The notes under the pieces are model-generated. The model was not told the origin of the DNA. It was given only the letters and a program-made list of their open reading frames with translations, and made no database searches. A DNA stretch of 63,885 nt, the filler included, from Octopus bimaculoides (Eukaryota), in the NCBI RefSeq assembly GCF_001194135.2. It is 6 parts of 5 records of this genome, joined end to end, with 100 filler letters (N's around TTAATTAATTAA, not from the genome) between each part and the next. Parts side by side here need not be neighbours in the genome. Positions count along the whole stretch, not along the records: positions 34,026 to 62,659 come from NC_068988.1; 5 more parts are not named here. One strand, 5' to 3'. Each line of letters starts with the position of its first letter. The stretch's first letter is position 1. Below, piece after piece: positions 39,252 to 52,058 of the stretch. A program made the position numbers and the translations under genes.

Positions 39252-40063
39252 TTTTACATCATTCGTAGCTGGCTCAGCAGGAACGATGCACAATTTCTTC
39301 TACGCAAATAATGACCGACACATTAACTACAGCTGTTAATTTTCGACTTTGATAGAGACCACAGTTTCTTTAAATGAAAGAAAGAATATAGTGAAATGAA
39401 TAGATTTAACAAAAAGCATGACACGTATTTTATAAACCTTGGCTAGATGAATGTCAAAGCCGAGCCGAGTTATAAATATAAACTTACAACATAAAGTGAC
39501 AAAATTAGATAATCTAAGATACTTATTCATTTGATATCTTTTGCCACTCTCACAGACACGGATAGTGTGAAATATTGACGCCAAGAACAATACTAGTCTC
39601 TCTAAATAGAAACATAATATTCTCTCTTATATTCGAGGTCAATCAAATTCTGAATAGAAACTCGTGTGTGTCTCAGTGTTTAAAAAGCTCGATTTGCAAT
39701 CATGAATATTTATGCGGATGTATCATTGCGTTTTATCTCTATTTCTTTTCTCCCTCACTCTTCCTCTTTCATACACACTCACTTACTCATTCACTCTCTC
39801 TCTCTCTTACACACACACACACATGCGTATATGTATATTTACACGCATATACAAAGATATACAGACACAACAAGAAAAAACGCACATATATTATACACCG
39901 TTTTTATCTGCCGAACTCGAAGTAGATAAAGCTATAAATAATAGCACATAAATATTGGATTAAAAAATCGTTTGAATAGAAAAATTCAGAGGCTGTCCGT
40001 TTGAATCGAATGGTCATCTTCTGAAAGCATGACAGACGTTCTACCCTTGGACCAAGACAACCT

Positions 40064-40420
40064 TTAGAACTTCTCCATCCATTTTAGAACCTCATTTCTT
40101 AGCAGCGAGAAGATATGAATATTCCCTACAAGACCGCCTATAATGGAGAGTGAACGGTTGGACATAGCGTTAATATATTTAAAGCTAAAATTTGGTTCGT
40201 GGAAAGGTTCGTAAAGACCAGTGTCAAGGCTAAGTGTGGCATCAAGGAAGTTAACTTTACGGCATTCACTTTCCATTGTTATAGTCAATCGTATATTCTT
40301 AAATAGTTTAAAAAGTTCCTTCTTAGCTCGTTCAAGTTTTACATTAGTGCAAAAGTTAAAAAAGAAGAGAACGTCGTCTCTATATAATCCTCCTCCGATC
40401 CCAAGGAGGGTGTTCTGGAT
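40064..40420 (-). mobile_element. Penelope-like retroelement RT remnant
   Basis: GGLYRDDVL...KLFKNIRLTITMES..KVNFLDATLSLDTGLYEPFHEPN...YINAMSN, typical of the PLE RT C-terminus (GLYRDD; VNFLD; SNHP). Confidence 0.85.
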
Positions 40421-40592
40421 TAGGGATAGGATGCAGACACGAATTATTACAACGATGTTTGCTAAGTATCGCTGATGATGCCTGGTAGCCATAAGTGGGG
40501 AAAGTGCTCCGCGGACACACGACCTGGGACTGACCCTGAAATAAGGTTTCGATACTGTGTTTAACACACATTTTCTTAACCTTAATTCTTTA

Positions 40593-40625
<33 letters not shown>

Positions 40626-40897
40626 NNNNNNNNNNNNNNNNNNNNNNNNNNNNNNNNNNNNNNNNNNNNNNNNNNNNNNNNNNNNNNNNNNNNNNNNNNN
40701 NNNNNNNNNNNNNNNNNNNNNNNNNNNNNNNNNNNNNNNNNNNNNNNNNNNNNNNNNNNNNNNNNNNNNNNNNNNNNNNNNNNNNNNNNNNNNNNNNNNN
40801 NNNNNNNNNNNNNNNNNNNNNNNNNNNNNNNNNNNNNNNNNNNNNNNNNNNNNNNNNNNNNNNNNNNNNNNNNNNNNNNNNNNNNNNNNNNNNNNNN

Positions 40898-40930
<33 letters not shown>

Positions 40931-40979
40931 GATAAACTGTCCAGTCAGTTTCGACGTATGAGGATCCGACAACCTACGC

Positions 40980-41500
40980 TTTGTCAGTCATAATGCTTAT
41001 ATCGAATATAACATTTGGGTCCTGCCAACGATTTGCAAAGAAACCCGCAGATGTTGCAATTATGAGGTTTACGGGTCAGTGATGGCAGTATATTTGCAGT
41101 CACTTTTCTCTTTTGCCCTGAACCCCTAAGCCTGTTAATGCTGGTTGAAAAAAATCTCTTATACCATTTTGACACGACAATCTCCATTTTGTTCGATCCA
41201 AGGCTGTTTGCTTAAAGACGTTGTGAGCTATATTGACAGCTGACAGCTTGCCCTTATATCTGAGCCATGGTCGACCAACATTCCTATGCTCACTATCAAG
41301 CTGGCTGTCCAAGAAGACTTTGGGTATTCTTTCGTCACTCATTCTGATGACAAGATCAGCCTAACGCAATTGCGACTATATATGGACACTTTCGATTTCA
41401 CCAATCTTACACTTGCTAGACACTAGGTCAACACTACACACTATTCTTTGGTGAATAACCGCAGATTGACCAGAGATAGCTTTGTGGAAGATGTCTAGTT
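40980..41500 (-). mobile_element. RTE (BovB-like) LINE 3' remnant
   Basis: MSDERIPKVFLDSQL...GRPWLRYK...ALDRTKWR, then a terminal CNICGFLCKS motif. Confidence 0.75.
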
Positions 41501-42277
41501 TGTTAATGTATCACGTATAGGGAGTCCACGATTCCGAACCACTTGCATGAATGTATGTATGTATGTATGTATGTATGTATGTATGTATGTATGTATGTAT
41601 GTATGTATCAGTGCGAATGTGTATATCTATGTATGTATATACGTATGTATGTATCAGTGCAAATTTGTATATGTGTGTGTTTTAAGGAACCTAACATAAT
41701 TTCTGTAACAATTTCCAAATTCTATATAAGGCGACATGAATGATACCCAATATATTTCGTTTCTTTGCATNNNNNNNNNNNNNNNNNNNNNNNNNNNNNN
41801 NNNNNNNNNNNNNNNNNNNNNNNNNNNNNNNNNNNNNNNNNNNNNNNNNNNNNNNNNNNNNNNNNNNNNNNNNNNNNNNNNNNNNNNNNNNNNNNNNNNN
41901 NNNNNNNNNNNNNNNNNNNNNNNNNNNNNNNNNNNNNNNNNNNNNNNNNNNNNNNNNNNNNNNNNNNNNNNNNNNNNNNNNNNNNNNNNNNNNNNNNNNN
42001 NNNNNNNNNNNNNNNNNNNNNNNNNNNNNNNNNNNNNNNNNNNNNNNNNNNNNNNNNNNNNNNNNNNNNNNNNNNNNNNNNNNNNNNNNNNNNNNNNNNN
42101 NNNNNNNNNNNNNNNNNNNNNNNNNNNNNNNNNNNNNNNNNNNNNNNNNNNNNNNNNNNNNNNNNNNNNNNNNNNNNNNNNNNNNNNNNNNNNNNNNNNN
42201 NNNNNNNNNNNNNNNNNNNNNNNNNNNNNNNNNNNNNNNNNNNNNNNNNNCACACACACACACACACACGCACACAC

Positions 42278-42353
<76 letters not shown>

Positions 42354-42355
42354 AC

Positions 42356-42774
42356 GTTATTTATGGAAGATGGGACACCTAGTTACACAGCTAAAACGAC
42401 CCAAGATTGGTTGTATGAGAATTGCATTAAAAAGCTTCCATGGTCTGACCAGTTACCAGATATAAACCCTATTGGACAATTTTGGGGCATAATGGACAGG
42501 ACACTTCATTAAAAAGAACAACAAAGCATCCGCAAAGTCAGATGTTTTTAGATTACTGCATGAAACCTGGCAAGGAATTCTTCAAGAGAATATTTGTCAT
42601 CTGATCAGTAACATGCCTAATAGGGTCCTTGCATTGAAAAATGCAAAGGGCATGTCTTCTAAATATTAGATATCACATTATAATAATTAATAAATAATTT
42701 GAATATATAATTTCAGATTTAAATAAATTTTAACGATTTTAGGGGTGTCTATTTACTTCTGCCATGTCTGTGTA
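42356..42774 (+). mobile_element. Tc1-like transposon 3' fragment
   Basis: FMEDGTPSYTAK...PWSDQLPDINPIGQFW (decayed QDNAPCHTA..WPSQSPDLNPIENLW). Terminal ggggtgtctatttacttctgccatgtctgtgTA. Confidence 0.8.
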
Positions 42775-42945
42775 TATGCACGCACACGCACACACACACA
42801 CATGTATGGATGTAAGGGTGTAAATGTTTGTAGCTCTGATTGTTTGTATGTGTACACGTGAGTGAATACATGTGGGTCTCTGTAACAATTTCAAATTCTA
42901 TATCGTACGGCATGAATGATACTTAATTTATTTTACTTTGTATAG

Positions 42946-43152
42946 ATCGTTGCAGAAATATGCCACAGGGATCAGAACTGCCCGTGCCTGGTAAATGTCG
43001 ACAATACTTGAGATGTCACCACGGAAAAGCAGAAGAGAAATGCTGTCAGTGGGGTTATTCTTTTAAACAAGGGAGAGGATGTCGCCGTGATTATCACTGT
43101 AAAGAAAAGTGTGATTCACAACATCCAACACCAGATCCACATGGTCTCCAAG
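42946..43152 (+). CDS. Cys-rich module exon B, chitin-binding type-2-like 8-Cys variant
   Basis: (D)RCRNMPQGSELPVPGKCRQYLRCHHGKAEEKCCQWGYSFKQGRGCRRDYHCKEKCDSQHPTPDPHGLQ(G). Same Cys spacing as exon A. Acceptor ttttactttgtatag|, donor G|GTATGT. 207 bp, phase 1-1. Confidence 0.9.
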
Positions 43153-43169
43153 GTATGTAACATCCGCGA

Positions 43170-43205
<36 letters not shown>

Positions 43206-44229
43206 GTCTCAAACACTTCCATATCATGTCTGTAGACATGGATAAGAACGTCAGTTCAGTCAGGCATGTTGTGTAATTTATATTCTATAATAACATCACA
43301 GATATTTCATTATTACCGATTGTAGGAATTATGATAACTTGCAAATCTACTCAGCTACGATGGAGGCATAAAATGAGGGACAGAAGTCATAACAGCAGTA
43401 TGTATAGAGAAGTGTGTAAATGCACTTGATAGATTACTGGGTGATGTCTTAGAGAAATCACATTATTGTTGGTGATACAGTATTCTATTGCAGCTATATG
43501 ACATGTGTTTGCGACTGACATGTGATGACGATTCACTCTCTACCTGAAATAGACTCCCAACCTCTGTATCATGAATGGTTATGTGTACTACTTCTAACGA
43601 AAGCCAGAGCTCTCTTCGTCCACTACATAAAAAGTATTACGAAAATATGTTATTTAGATATACTTACATTTTAGTTGTTTACACTATTTTACGCTTGTTT
43701 ATACACTTATACATTGAAGTTCACAAATTTCCTTATTTAAATTATGAACCATATTCCTTTCGATAATATCAATAGGATCACAAAACTTCTTTGTAAACGA
43801 GAATTTCTGTTTGGTCGACTCTAATTTTCAAATTATTGGAGTCCGTTGCTCTACTCATAGTGACGTATAACTGGCCGTGTGTAAATATCAGAGTAGGTAA
43901 AAACACACGTACATAATCTTAAGTCTGGCCCTGTGCCTTATTTGTTGTGAATACGCGAACAGAATCTTTAGGGTTGCAAAAAATCAAACTAAGACTTACC
44001 TCTCACTGTTCTATGCGAATAATGTCTGGATGTTATGGCACCATGGGTTATTTTGATTGACAAAGCAGTTGCTTCGATTTGCCATTTCGAATTCTGCTCG
44101 GGACTGACACACTTCAATAACTACTAAATAATCACACACACTGTATACTGACACACACTTTTTCCATTTTAGTTTCGCTATTAACTGTCCTTTTTTTAAG
44201 AGCCTTTTAGATCTGATGTAGTGATTTTC

Positions 44230-44610
44230 TTTCGCTTTTTATGGCAAATTGACCTTTCCTCGTCATATAAGACTTATATCTGACTTCTTCGTAGACAACA
44301 TTTCTGACTGTTCCTTCTGACACATGGAGATCTTTTGTAATTGATCTTATGGACTTTCTGGGATTGTGATAAATAGACTGTTCAACTTGCTGGATAAATT
44401 CAGATGTTCTGATGATTTCAGAGCGTTTAGAATACTTTTTATGCTTTGATACTGGTGATACATTTCCATCTTCAGTCTCGAACTCCTTACAAACTTTGCA
44501 GACGAAAGATCTGGCAACTTTTAAAGATCAAAATATTTCTAAACATTTATAACCACAAATAACAGCACGCCTCTTCATTTCTTGAGTAAACTGAGGGTCT
44601 GCCATTATTA
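44230..44610 (-). mobile_element. Tc1/mariner-superfamily (maT-like) transposase N-terminal remnant
   Basis: Manual translation: MADPQFTQEMKRRAVI...KVARSFVCKV.KE...RSEIIRTSEFIQQV...NPRKSIRSITKDLHVSEGTVRNVVYEEVRYKSY. Confidence 0.72.
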
Positions 44611-45153
44611 TTTTCTGAAACAAAGATTATACAGAGTTAGCAAAAAGTGCAGCAATGACCGAAAAAAGTTGTGTCCTCAAATACCTTACGCACCTTGTCT
44701 ACCAAATCCACTCACAAGGTTTGGTCAGCCTGAGGCTATAGTAGAAGACACCTGTCCAAGGCATCACACAGTGAGACTGAACCTGTGTGGTTGGAAAGCA
44801 AACCTCTTACCACACAGCCACTCCTGCACATACATACATACATACATACACACATACATACATACATACATACATACATACATACATACATACATAATAC
44901 ATACATACATGCANNNNNNNNNNACAAACACACATACATACATACATACATACATACATACATACATACATAATACATACATACATGCATACATAATGCA
45001 TACTTACATACATAATGCATACATACATAACACATAGATACATACACACATATACACACACATATATTTGTGTGGGTACACGTGAGTGAATATATGTGGG
45101 TTTGTAACAATTTCCAGTCTATATTGTACGGCACTTTATTTTACTTTGTATAG

Positions 45154-45360
45154 ATCGTTGCAGAAACATGCCACAGGGATCAGAACTGCCCGTATCTGGT
45201 AAATGTAGACAATACTTGAGATGTGACCACGGAAAAGCAGAAGAGAAATGTTGTCAGTGGGGTTATTCTTTTAAACCAGGAAGAGGATGTCGTCGTGATT
45301 ATCACTGTAAAGAAAAGTGTGGTTCACAACATCCAGTGCCAGACCCACACGATCCCAGAG
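45154..45360 (+). CDS. Cys-rich module exon C, recent paralog of exon B
   Basis: (D)RCRNMPQGSELPVSGKCRQYLRCDHGKAEEKCCQWGYSFKPGRGCRRDYHCKEKCGSQHPVPDPHDPR(G). 19 differences in 207 nt versus exon B by manual count. Acceptor ttttactttgtatag|, donor G|GTGAGT. Confidence 0.9.
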
Positions 45361-46199
45361 GTGAGTAACATCTACGTGTATANNNNNNNNNNNNNNNNNN
45401 NNNNNNNNNNNNNNNNNNNNNNNNNNNNNNNNNNNNNNNNNNNNNNNNNNNNNNNNNNNNNNNNNNNNNNNNNNNNNNNNNNNNNNNNNNNNNNNNNNNN
45501 NNNNNNNNNNNNNNNNNNNNNNNNNNNNNNNNNNNNNNNNNNNNNNNNNNNNNNNNNNNNNNNNNNNNNNNNNNNNNNNNNNNNNNNNNNNNNNNNNNNN
45601 NNNNNNNNNNNNNNNNNNNNNNNNNNNNNNNNNNNNNNNNNNNNNNNNNNNNNNNNNNNNNNNNNNNNNNNNNNNNNNNNNNNNNNNNNNNNNNNNNNNN
45701 NNNNNNNNNNNNNNNNNNNNNNNNNNNNNNNNNNNNNNNNNNNNNNNNNNNNNNNNNNNNACTTATTTACTTATTTTTTCCTAATATTTTCGTTCCGTCT
45801 TTCAACCTCTTCAATAGTCGTTGACTCTCTATTGAAGAGTCAACGACTATTGAAAAAGTTTGGAAGATGCAATGAAAATTGTAGAAAAAAATAAAGTAAA
45901 TGAGTAGAAATCGAACCTGTGTGTTAAATAAGGCACCAAAAGAAATGACTCTCCCCAGACACATAAAATATGCTTCAACATACGAATTCACATGAAGAAT
46001 ATTGCAAACCGAATACAAAAACGAAATTTATATATTCTTTTATTCTTTCATTATTTTACTGATTTCAAGCAGGGTCTGGGTTCAAGTTGTGGCACTGTCT
46101 TTCACTGTTTTGCGGTCTCCTTTCGTTACTGTTTTTGGTGAAGTAGCGAAGCGAGTAGGACGAAGCTGCTCTTCTTTGCGACTCCTACTCTGATGTGGG

Positions 46200-46510
46200 C
46201 TCATCTGCGATTGCAGATAAAAATTCGTCCAAGTGCATTTTGATGTTTCCACATCTACACCTTGCAGATCTTTTCGTTTCCTTGGCAAGTAGAGCTTCAG
46301 TTCTTGTAGCTTCTCCCAGTTTCTCATCTCTTTCACCGAGTCAATCTTGTTTGTGTATTCATATTGGATAGCCTCGAGTCCAGTCATCAATTTGACGCTC
46401 TGAGGCGACTGCAGTTGAGAGGGGTAATCCAGACGACTGAAGACAAACCTTCTCCATAGGCATAGCAAGGTATCTTTCTTTCCGGTTTTAAGAAGTTTGA
46501 TTCTCAACTA
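46200..46510 (-). mobile_element. CR1/L2-type LINE RT C-terminal remnant
   Basis: FVFSRLDYPSQLQSP...LEAIQ..YTNKI...WEKLQELKLY (compare RLDYCSQLWSP..LE.VQR..Y.ERL..L.L.SL). Confidence 0.72.
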
Positions 46511-46759
46511 CATAGTTTCGGGTTCAGTCTCAATGTGTGGTACCTTCTGCAAGTGCCTTCTGCCTTACATTCATAGACACATACATGCATACACGCAATA
46601 CCCCCACACCGTTGTTTCAACGACATTCAGGTCAGCAATGAAATATCATTTCAGTAAATATGAATGAGAACGAGAGTTCAGTCATGCATGTTGTGTGATT
46701 TTTATTACACAATAACATCAGAGACACTTAAGTATAACCGATTGTAGAAATATGATAAT

Positions 46760-47390
46760 ATTAGGTTGTCACGCATAAAATGTCGCATTTTTAATTACCT
46801 GTTATTTCAGTCACTTAAAAACAACTATGTATACCTTTGCATTTAATCTTGAATCCTTTTCTTTCCAAACAATATTGCTATACAAAATTCGTATCCACAG
46901 ACCTTATGGAAATGATAACAACTAAACAATGCTAAGTGGTTTTCTTGTGTGAATACAAACTAGGTCGCTCTGCCGCAGAAGCTCTACGAAATATCAAGCG
47001 GGCCTTTGGTAATGGTTTTGTTGACATCATAACTGTTTAGAGATGGTTCCAAAGATCTCATTCAGGTGATAGCCTTGAAAATGAACCATGATGATGGCCA
47101 AAATCTCGGCATGATGGATTAAATGCTTTGGTTGGACAAAATCCGAGAACAACTGTTCGAAAACTTTCATCAGAACTCCAAACATCTCACTCAGCTGTTT
47201 CTCGACACCGGAGAAAAATTTCGAAAGTTAAAAAGATAGATAGATTTGTTCCACATCAACTGAACAAGATTCAAAAGTACAGGTGCCTTGAAGTGTTCTT
47301 AGTGCTTCCTCCACTGGAAAAAGAACCATTTTTGCATCAGATAACTACATGTGATGAAAAATGGATACTCTTTGACAACAGCAGGAGAAC
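46760..47390 (+). mobile_element. Mariner 5' fragment
   Basis: TIR-like tattaggttgtcacgcataaaatgtcgc, then YKLGRSAAEALRNIKRAFG...VPHQL...FLHQITTCDEKWILFDN. Confidence 0.88.
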
Positions 47391-47779
47391 ATATATATAT
47401 ATTTGAGTGAGTACGTTGAGTGAGAATATGTGGGTCTCTGTAACAATTTCCAATTCTATATTGTACGACGTGAATGATGCCCNNNNNNNNNNNNNNNNNN
47501 NNNNNNNNNNNNNNNNNNNNNNNNNNNNNNNNNNNNNNNNNNNNNNNNNNNNNNNNNNNNNNNNNNNNNNNNNNNNNNNNNNATACATACACACATACAT
47601 ACATACATACATACATGCATACATACATACAATTCTATTTATTTGTATTTTGTATGAGTATGTCTGCATCTACGTTTCTATATGGCCACATACTTACTTC
47701 TGTATGTATATGTGCTTGCGTACCTAAGTATGACACACGCACACACAGATAGATAGAGAGACAGATGGAAGTGAGAGTG

Positions 47780-47811
<32 letters not shown>

Positions 47812-49312
47812 AGACGTGAGAGAAACTTTAGAATATACGATTGGTCTTTCAAATAACCAATAAAATTTTTCCTTGCTACTAATCTCATTTAATCTCTAGT
47901 TTACAAAAAAGAAATTTTAATAATTCTCCATGACAATCTCTATTAAAAAAATTCTAACCAGAATATTCTAAATGAACCGGGAGCATTGACGCACCTGTGA
48001 TTTATTTTGAAACTGGGAACAATAGTCTAGATAGATATTTCCTTCTCGCATATTGTTATATATGTATTACTGCTATTGTTATTGTTGTGGTTGTTGTTGA
48101 CATTGTATTTCTGTAGTCATTATAATATTTTTGGTGAAGGTTTAGTTCTTTATTGTAGATTTAATCTTCCAGCAATGCTTAACAGTTTGTACATTTATAT
48201 CTTCTTTTTATCTATTTAATTATCGATTTGTTCATCTACTTATTTCGTACATATATTTATTATTCACCAGCTACAAATAATTTCAGCAGATTACAAAATA
48301 ATAAAACAAAAATGCTAGAATTATAATTATAAAAAAAAGAATTGGATTTACGGGATGGTAAAAGAAATCTTTTCTAATTTATCATGTTTGTATTCCCCAA
48401 TTATATTTCAGAGAAATTCACAGATTAGAAACATTCTAACAATTAGTTTTTGCTCCTTGTTTTCTTTGTCGCAAAATAGTTTACCATCAAGATATGATGA
48501 CTTCATCATGTCAAAATAGATTTAAAAACGTCTTCTAACTTGTATTTGAATAAACAGATTGTAGCAGATTCGATATTTAGTTCAAAATATTCACCTTGCA
48601 GAAATTTTATTCTCTCTTATTCAAAAAAAATATATTATCTCATATGAAATTCTGAAACAAATTGTTCTTTCTCTTTTATGCTTTATTTAAACGTCGTTAT
48701 CTTCAAAATTATTTTTACAGATGAAGGAAATGTTTCTATTCGGTTGTCAAATAAATATGTTTGCTTTTTATCTATTTATTTATTTATTTATATATTTATT
48801 TATTTATTTCCATTTTCTTTTTCTTTTAATACTAAATCTTTTCCAATGTTATTTAAATTAACGCGAAAAATATTTTTATCGTTGGGGTTTTATGCGGCTT
48901 TTGTAGCCCTTTTTAGCCTCTACGACTGTTATTTATCGTTTCTGAAATTTATATAGATTTTTACTTCTATTCAGAGATACGACGATGGGATGCCAAACAG
49001 AAAGAAAAACAACGGATTTATGTAAGAACCTAATAGTATAATCAGAATTGAACCTAAATTATAATATTCACTTTTTACAAAAAAAATAAAGATTGGTTTT
49101 ACTGATAGAGGTTGTAAGAGATGGGTGCAATATATGCGCTCAAGCCCAGAATATTACTGGTATTATATTATTGATGTAAACGAGTTGAGTGACAAAGCAG
49201 ATTGTTGTGGGGCTAACAGTAAAATGAAAAGTTAACCACTTATTTTCAGAATTACAATGAATTCAAATGTTGGAATGACGGATAAATTTAAATAAATGTG
49301 CATACACACATA

Positions 49313-49367
<55 letters not shown>

Positions 49368-49417
49368 TTACCTACACACGTTTCCAGTTTAACAAACGAG
49401 ACAGATAGTACAAAGCG

Positions 49418-49650
49418 GCGAGCTGGCAGAAACGTTAGCACGCCGGGCGAAATGCTTAGCGATATTTCGTCTGCCGTTACGTTCTGAGTTCAAATTCCGC
49501 CGAGGTCGACTTTGCCTTTCATCCTTTCGGGGTCGATAAATTAAGTACCAGTTACGCACTGGGGTCGATGTAATCGACTTAACCCATTTGCCTGTCCTTG
49601 TTTGCCCCCTCTATGTTTAGCCCCTTGTGGGCAATAAAGAAATAAGATAG
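49418..49650 (+). mobile_element. Second SINE family (ggcgagctggcagaa.. head; ggggtcgataaa..gtaccag core)
   Basis: B-box-like ttctgagttcaaattcc. Homologous copies at about 38680-38870, 52590-52800, 54060-54290(-), 54590-54900 and 60385-60560. Confidence 0.82.
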
Positions 49651-50207
49651 TATTCAATACTTGCAGTAGCGATTCTTTGTTTGAGAGAGAAAGAGCAACA
49701 AGAAAGAGAAGTATGTAGACACAACAACAACATGGCTGAATGCTGCCTAATCGAAGATTAACGCGCAAACTAGATCAGAGGTTTCTACCAAAGAAGAAAC
49801 CCAGAAGTAGGTTGATATCGCAAGAAATAAATCTTAAAATCTAAAAACTGATGATGTATAAACTTACCAAGGAAACCATGTTTACTATTAAGAGAAAAGA
49901 AATAATGTTGTAGGAATAGAACGAGGGCAATATTGTCAGTTTATGGAAGCTTGTTAGGGATGATCTGAAAGCATGCCTCACACGTTTATTGTAATGCAGA
50001 TATGAGTAACATTTTTCTAGCAGTGAGCCTTATGATATATTCAGCATCGTTATCGGCTCCTTTACTGCTCTCGAACACTTTGGGCAACAAGTTAACGCCA
50101 CTGGTTTCTGTTGGTTGCAGTTTTCTCTACATCTGGTCATGTGATATTGGCCTCTCTTATTCTTACAGTTGTGAATGTTTTGTGCCAAGTAGTTTTTGGT
50201 CTTCCTC

Positions 50208-50332
<125 letters not shown>

Positions 50333-51859
50333 GGTGGTGTCCAGTTGAAAGCTGCTTTAGAATCGCATTGTTCTGACAGCTGGAATATGCGACCTACTGG
50401 TTTCAATTTTCGTTTTGTGTCGATTTCGCAAAGTATTCATGTATTGCTTCTCTTTAGAACGTCTTCATTAATTATGTGGTCTTGTTAGTACGTTCTCAGA
50501 ATCCTTCTCAAACATCTGTGGTTGAACACATCTAGCTTTCTATCGATTTTCACGGTGCTCTTCCATGTCTGACTGGAATAGAAAAGAGTTGATAGAACTA
50601 TGTTATTATAGAACCAGATCTTTATGTGTAGACCGACGTGTTGGAAAACCTGATAACGCCCATTCTCCGGAATACGGCAGTGGCCTTGATAATTCCATGG
50701 TCAACATAAGACACAATATCACTTGGCATAAATTAGGATATAACCATTTAAAGAATAATTTAACAAACATCGTATATAGTAAAGAAGACACCACAAATTA
50801 CAATAAGCAAATTGTTTTTTTAAAAAAAAGGTCAAACTGGAGTAAATGAGAGGAAAATGGAACGAAATTGTTTAAATAAACGACCTAAAAATTATGTTAC
50901 AAAATTCAAAATGTTATTACGTAACTATTAACTTGTGTGCTCACGTAATACATTATTTGTCCCATAGAAAATGCAAAAAAGGATTTGTATGTCACTCGTG
51001 TACCGCATGTTTCCCAAACCTGATTCATTGAGGACATCAATATGGTCTTCCGCCCTCATAAAGACTCACTGGAAAACAAGAACTCGTCTGTAAATATTCA
51101 TCTCTGGACTCATATCTGGTTGCATCACAAAAAGAGAATGCTCTGTAACAACTGGTGACTTGTTTTGCTGCTCTGTATGATCATAAACAAAGAGGTCGTT
51201 ATGGCTGCTTTCTCAGTTTTGGACAATAAATAATTTTTTTTAATGTGATTATAGGCGCAGGCGTAGCTGCATGATTTCGAAGCTCGTTTTGAATCCCTTG
51301 GTAATGGGTTCGGTCCCACTACGCAGTATCTTGGGCAAGTGTCTTCTACTATAACTCTACACCAACGAATGTTTTACTAGTGAATTTGATAAACGTGTGT
51401 GTTTGTGCGTGAGCGAGCGCATTTGAGTTTATGTCAGTAATATTTATATTACTGACATAAACTCTTGTAGAACACTCTGATATCACAGCCACCGCCATTG
51501 CACCCCATTCAATACCAAACCTTCTCCACGTTCAATTTAAAACAAAGAAGGAAAATTATGAAAGCAACGGTAATAAGTATGTGAATGAACAACAACAAAA
51601 AAAACAAGCTGAAAATAAACACAGTGTGTTTAGGGAACCGAGACAGAAAGGGGAAAGATCAGTAAATAAGTTACAGGTGCGTGATAGATGGACACTACTC
51701 GGAAACTGCACGGGTTCCCCTGTTGTCTGTGAACCTTGCTAAATGTCTAGCCTAGATTAACTTATGTTTTGGTATTTTACAATCACATCGTTCATTTCTC
51801 TCTCTTTCCGTATTACTTTATTTCAGAAATGCTCTCGCAATGATATTCTTGACTAGACA

Positions 51860-52005
51860 ATACTCTACGTACCATTCCCTTCGATACAACTGCCCTATCT
51901 ACATACTTATACGCAAGTGAAACGTGGGCTACTACGAAGAGAGAGGAATATCGATCGGCTACGACACAAAGGTCCATGGAAAGGGCCATGCTCGAAATAT
52001 TAACT
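51860..52005 (+). mobile_element. RTE-like LINE remnant
   Basis: FDTTAL..YLYASETWATTKREE....TTQRSMERAMLEI. Confidence 0.65.
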
Positions 52006-52058
52006 GTGCATAATAAAGTGTACTTAATTATGGCATTATTAACGCTGCTAAAAATACA

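Noticed and set aside
48678-48956. Hydrophobic ORF as the missing signal-peptide exon
   Set aside because: It is an AT-rich intron-like sequence downstream of the modules and ends in a stop with no donor.
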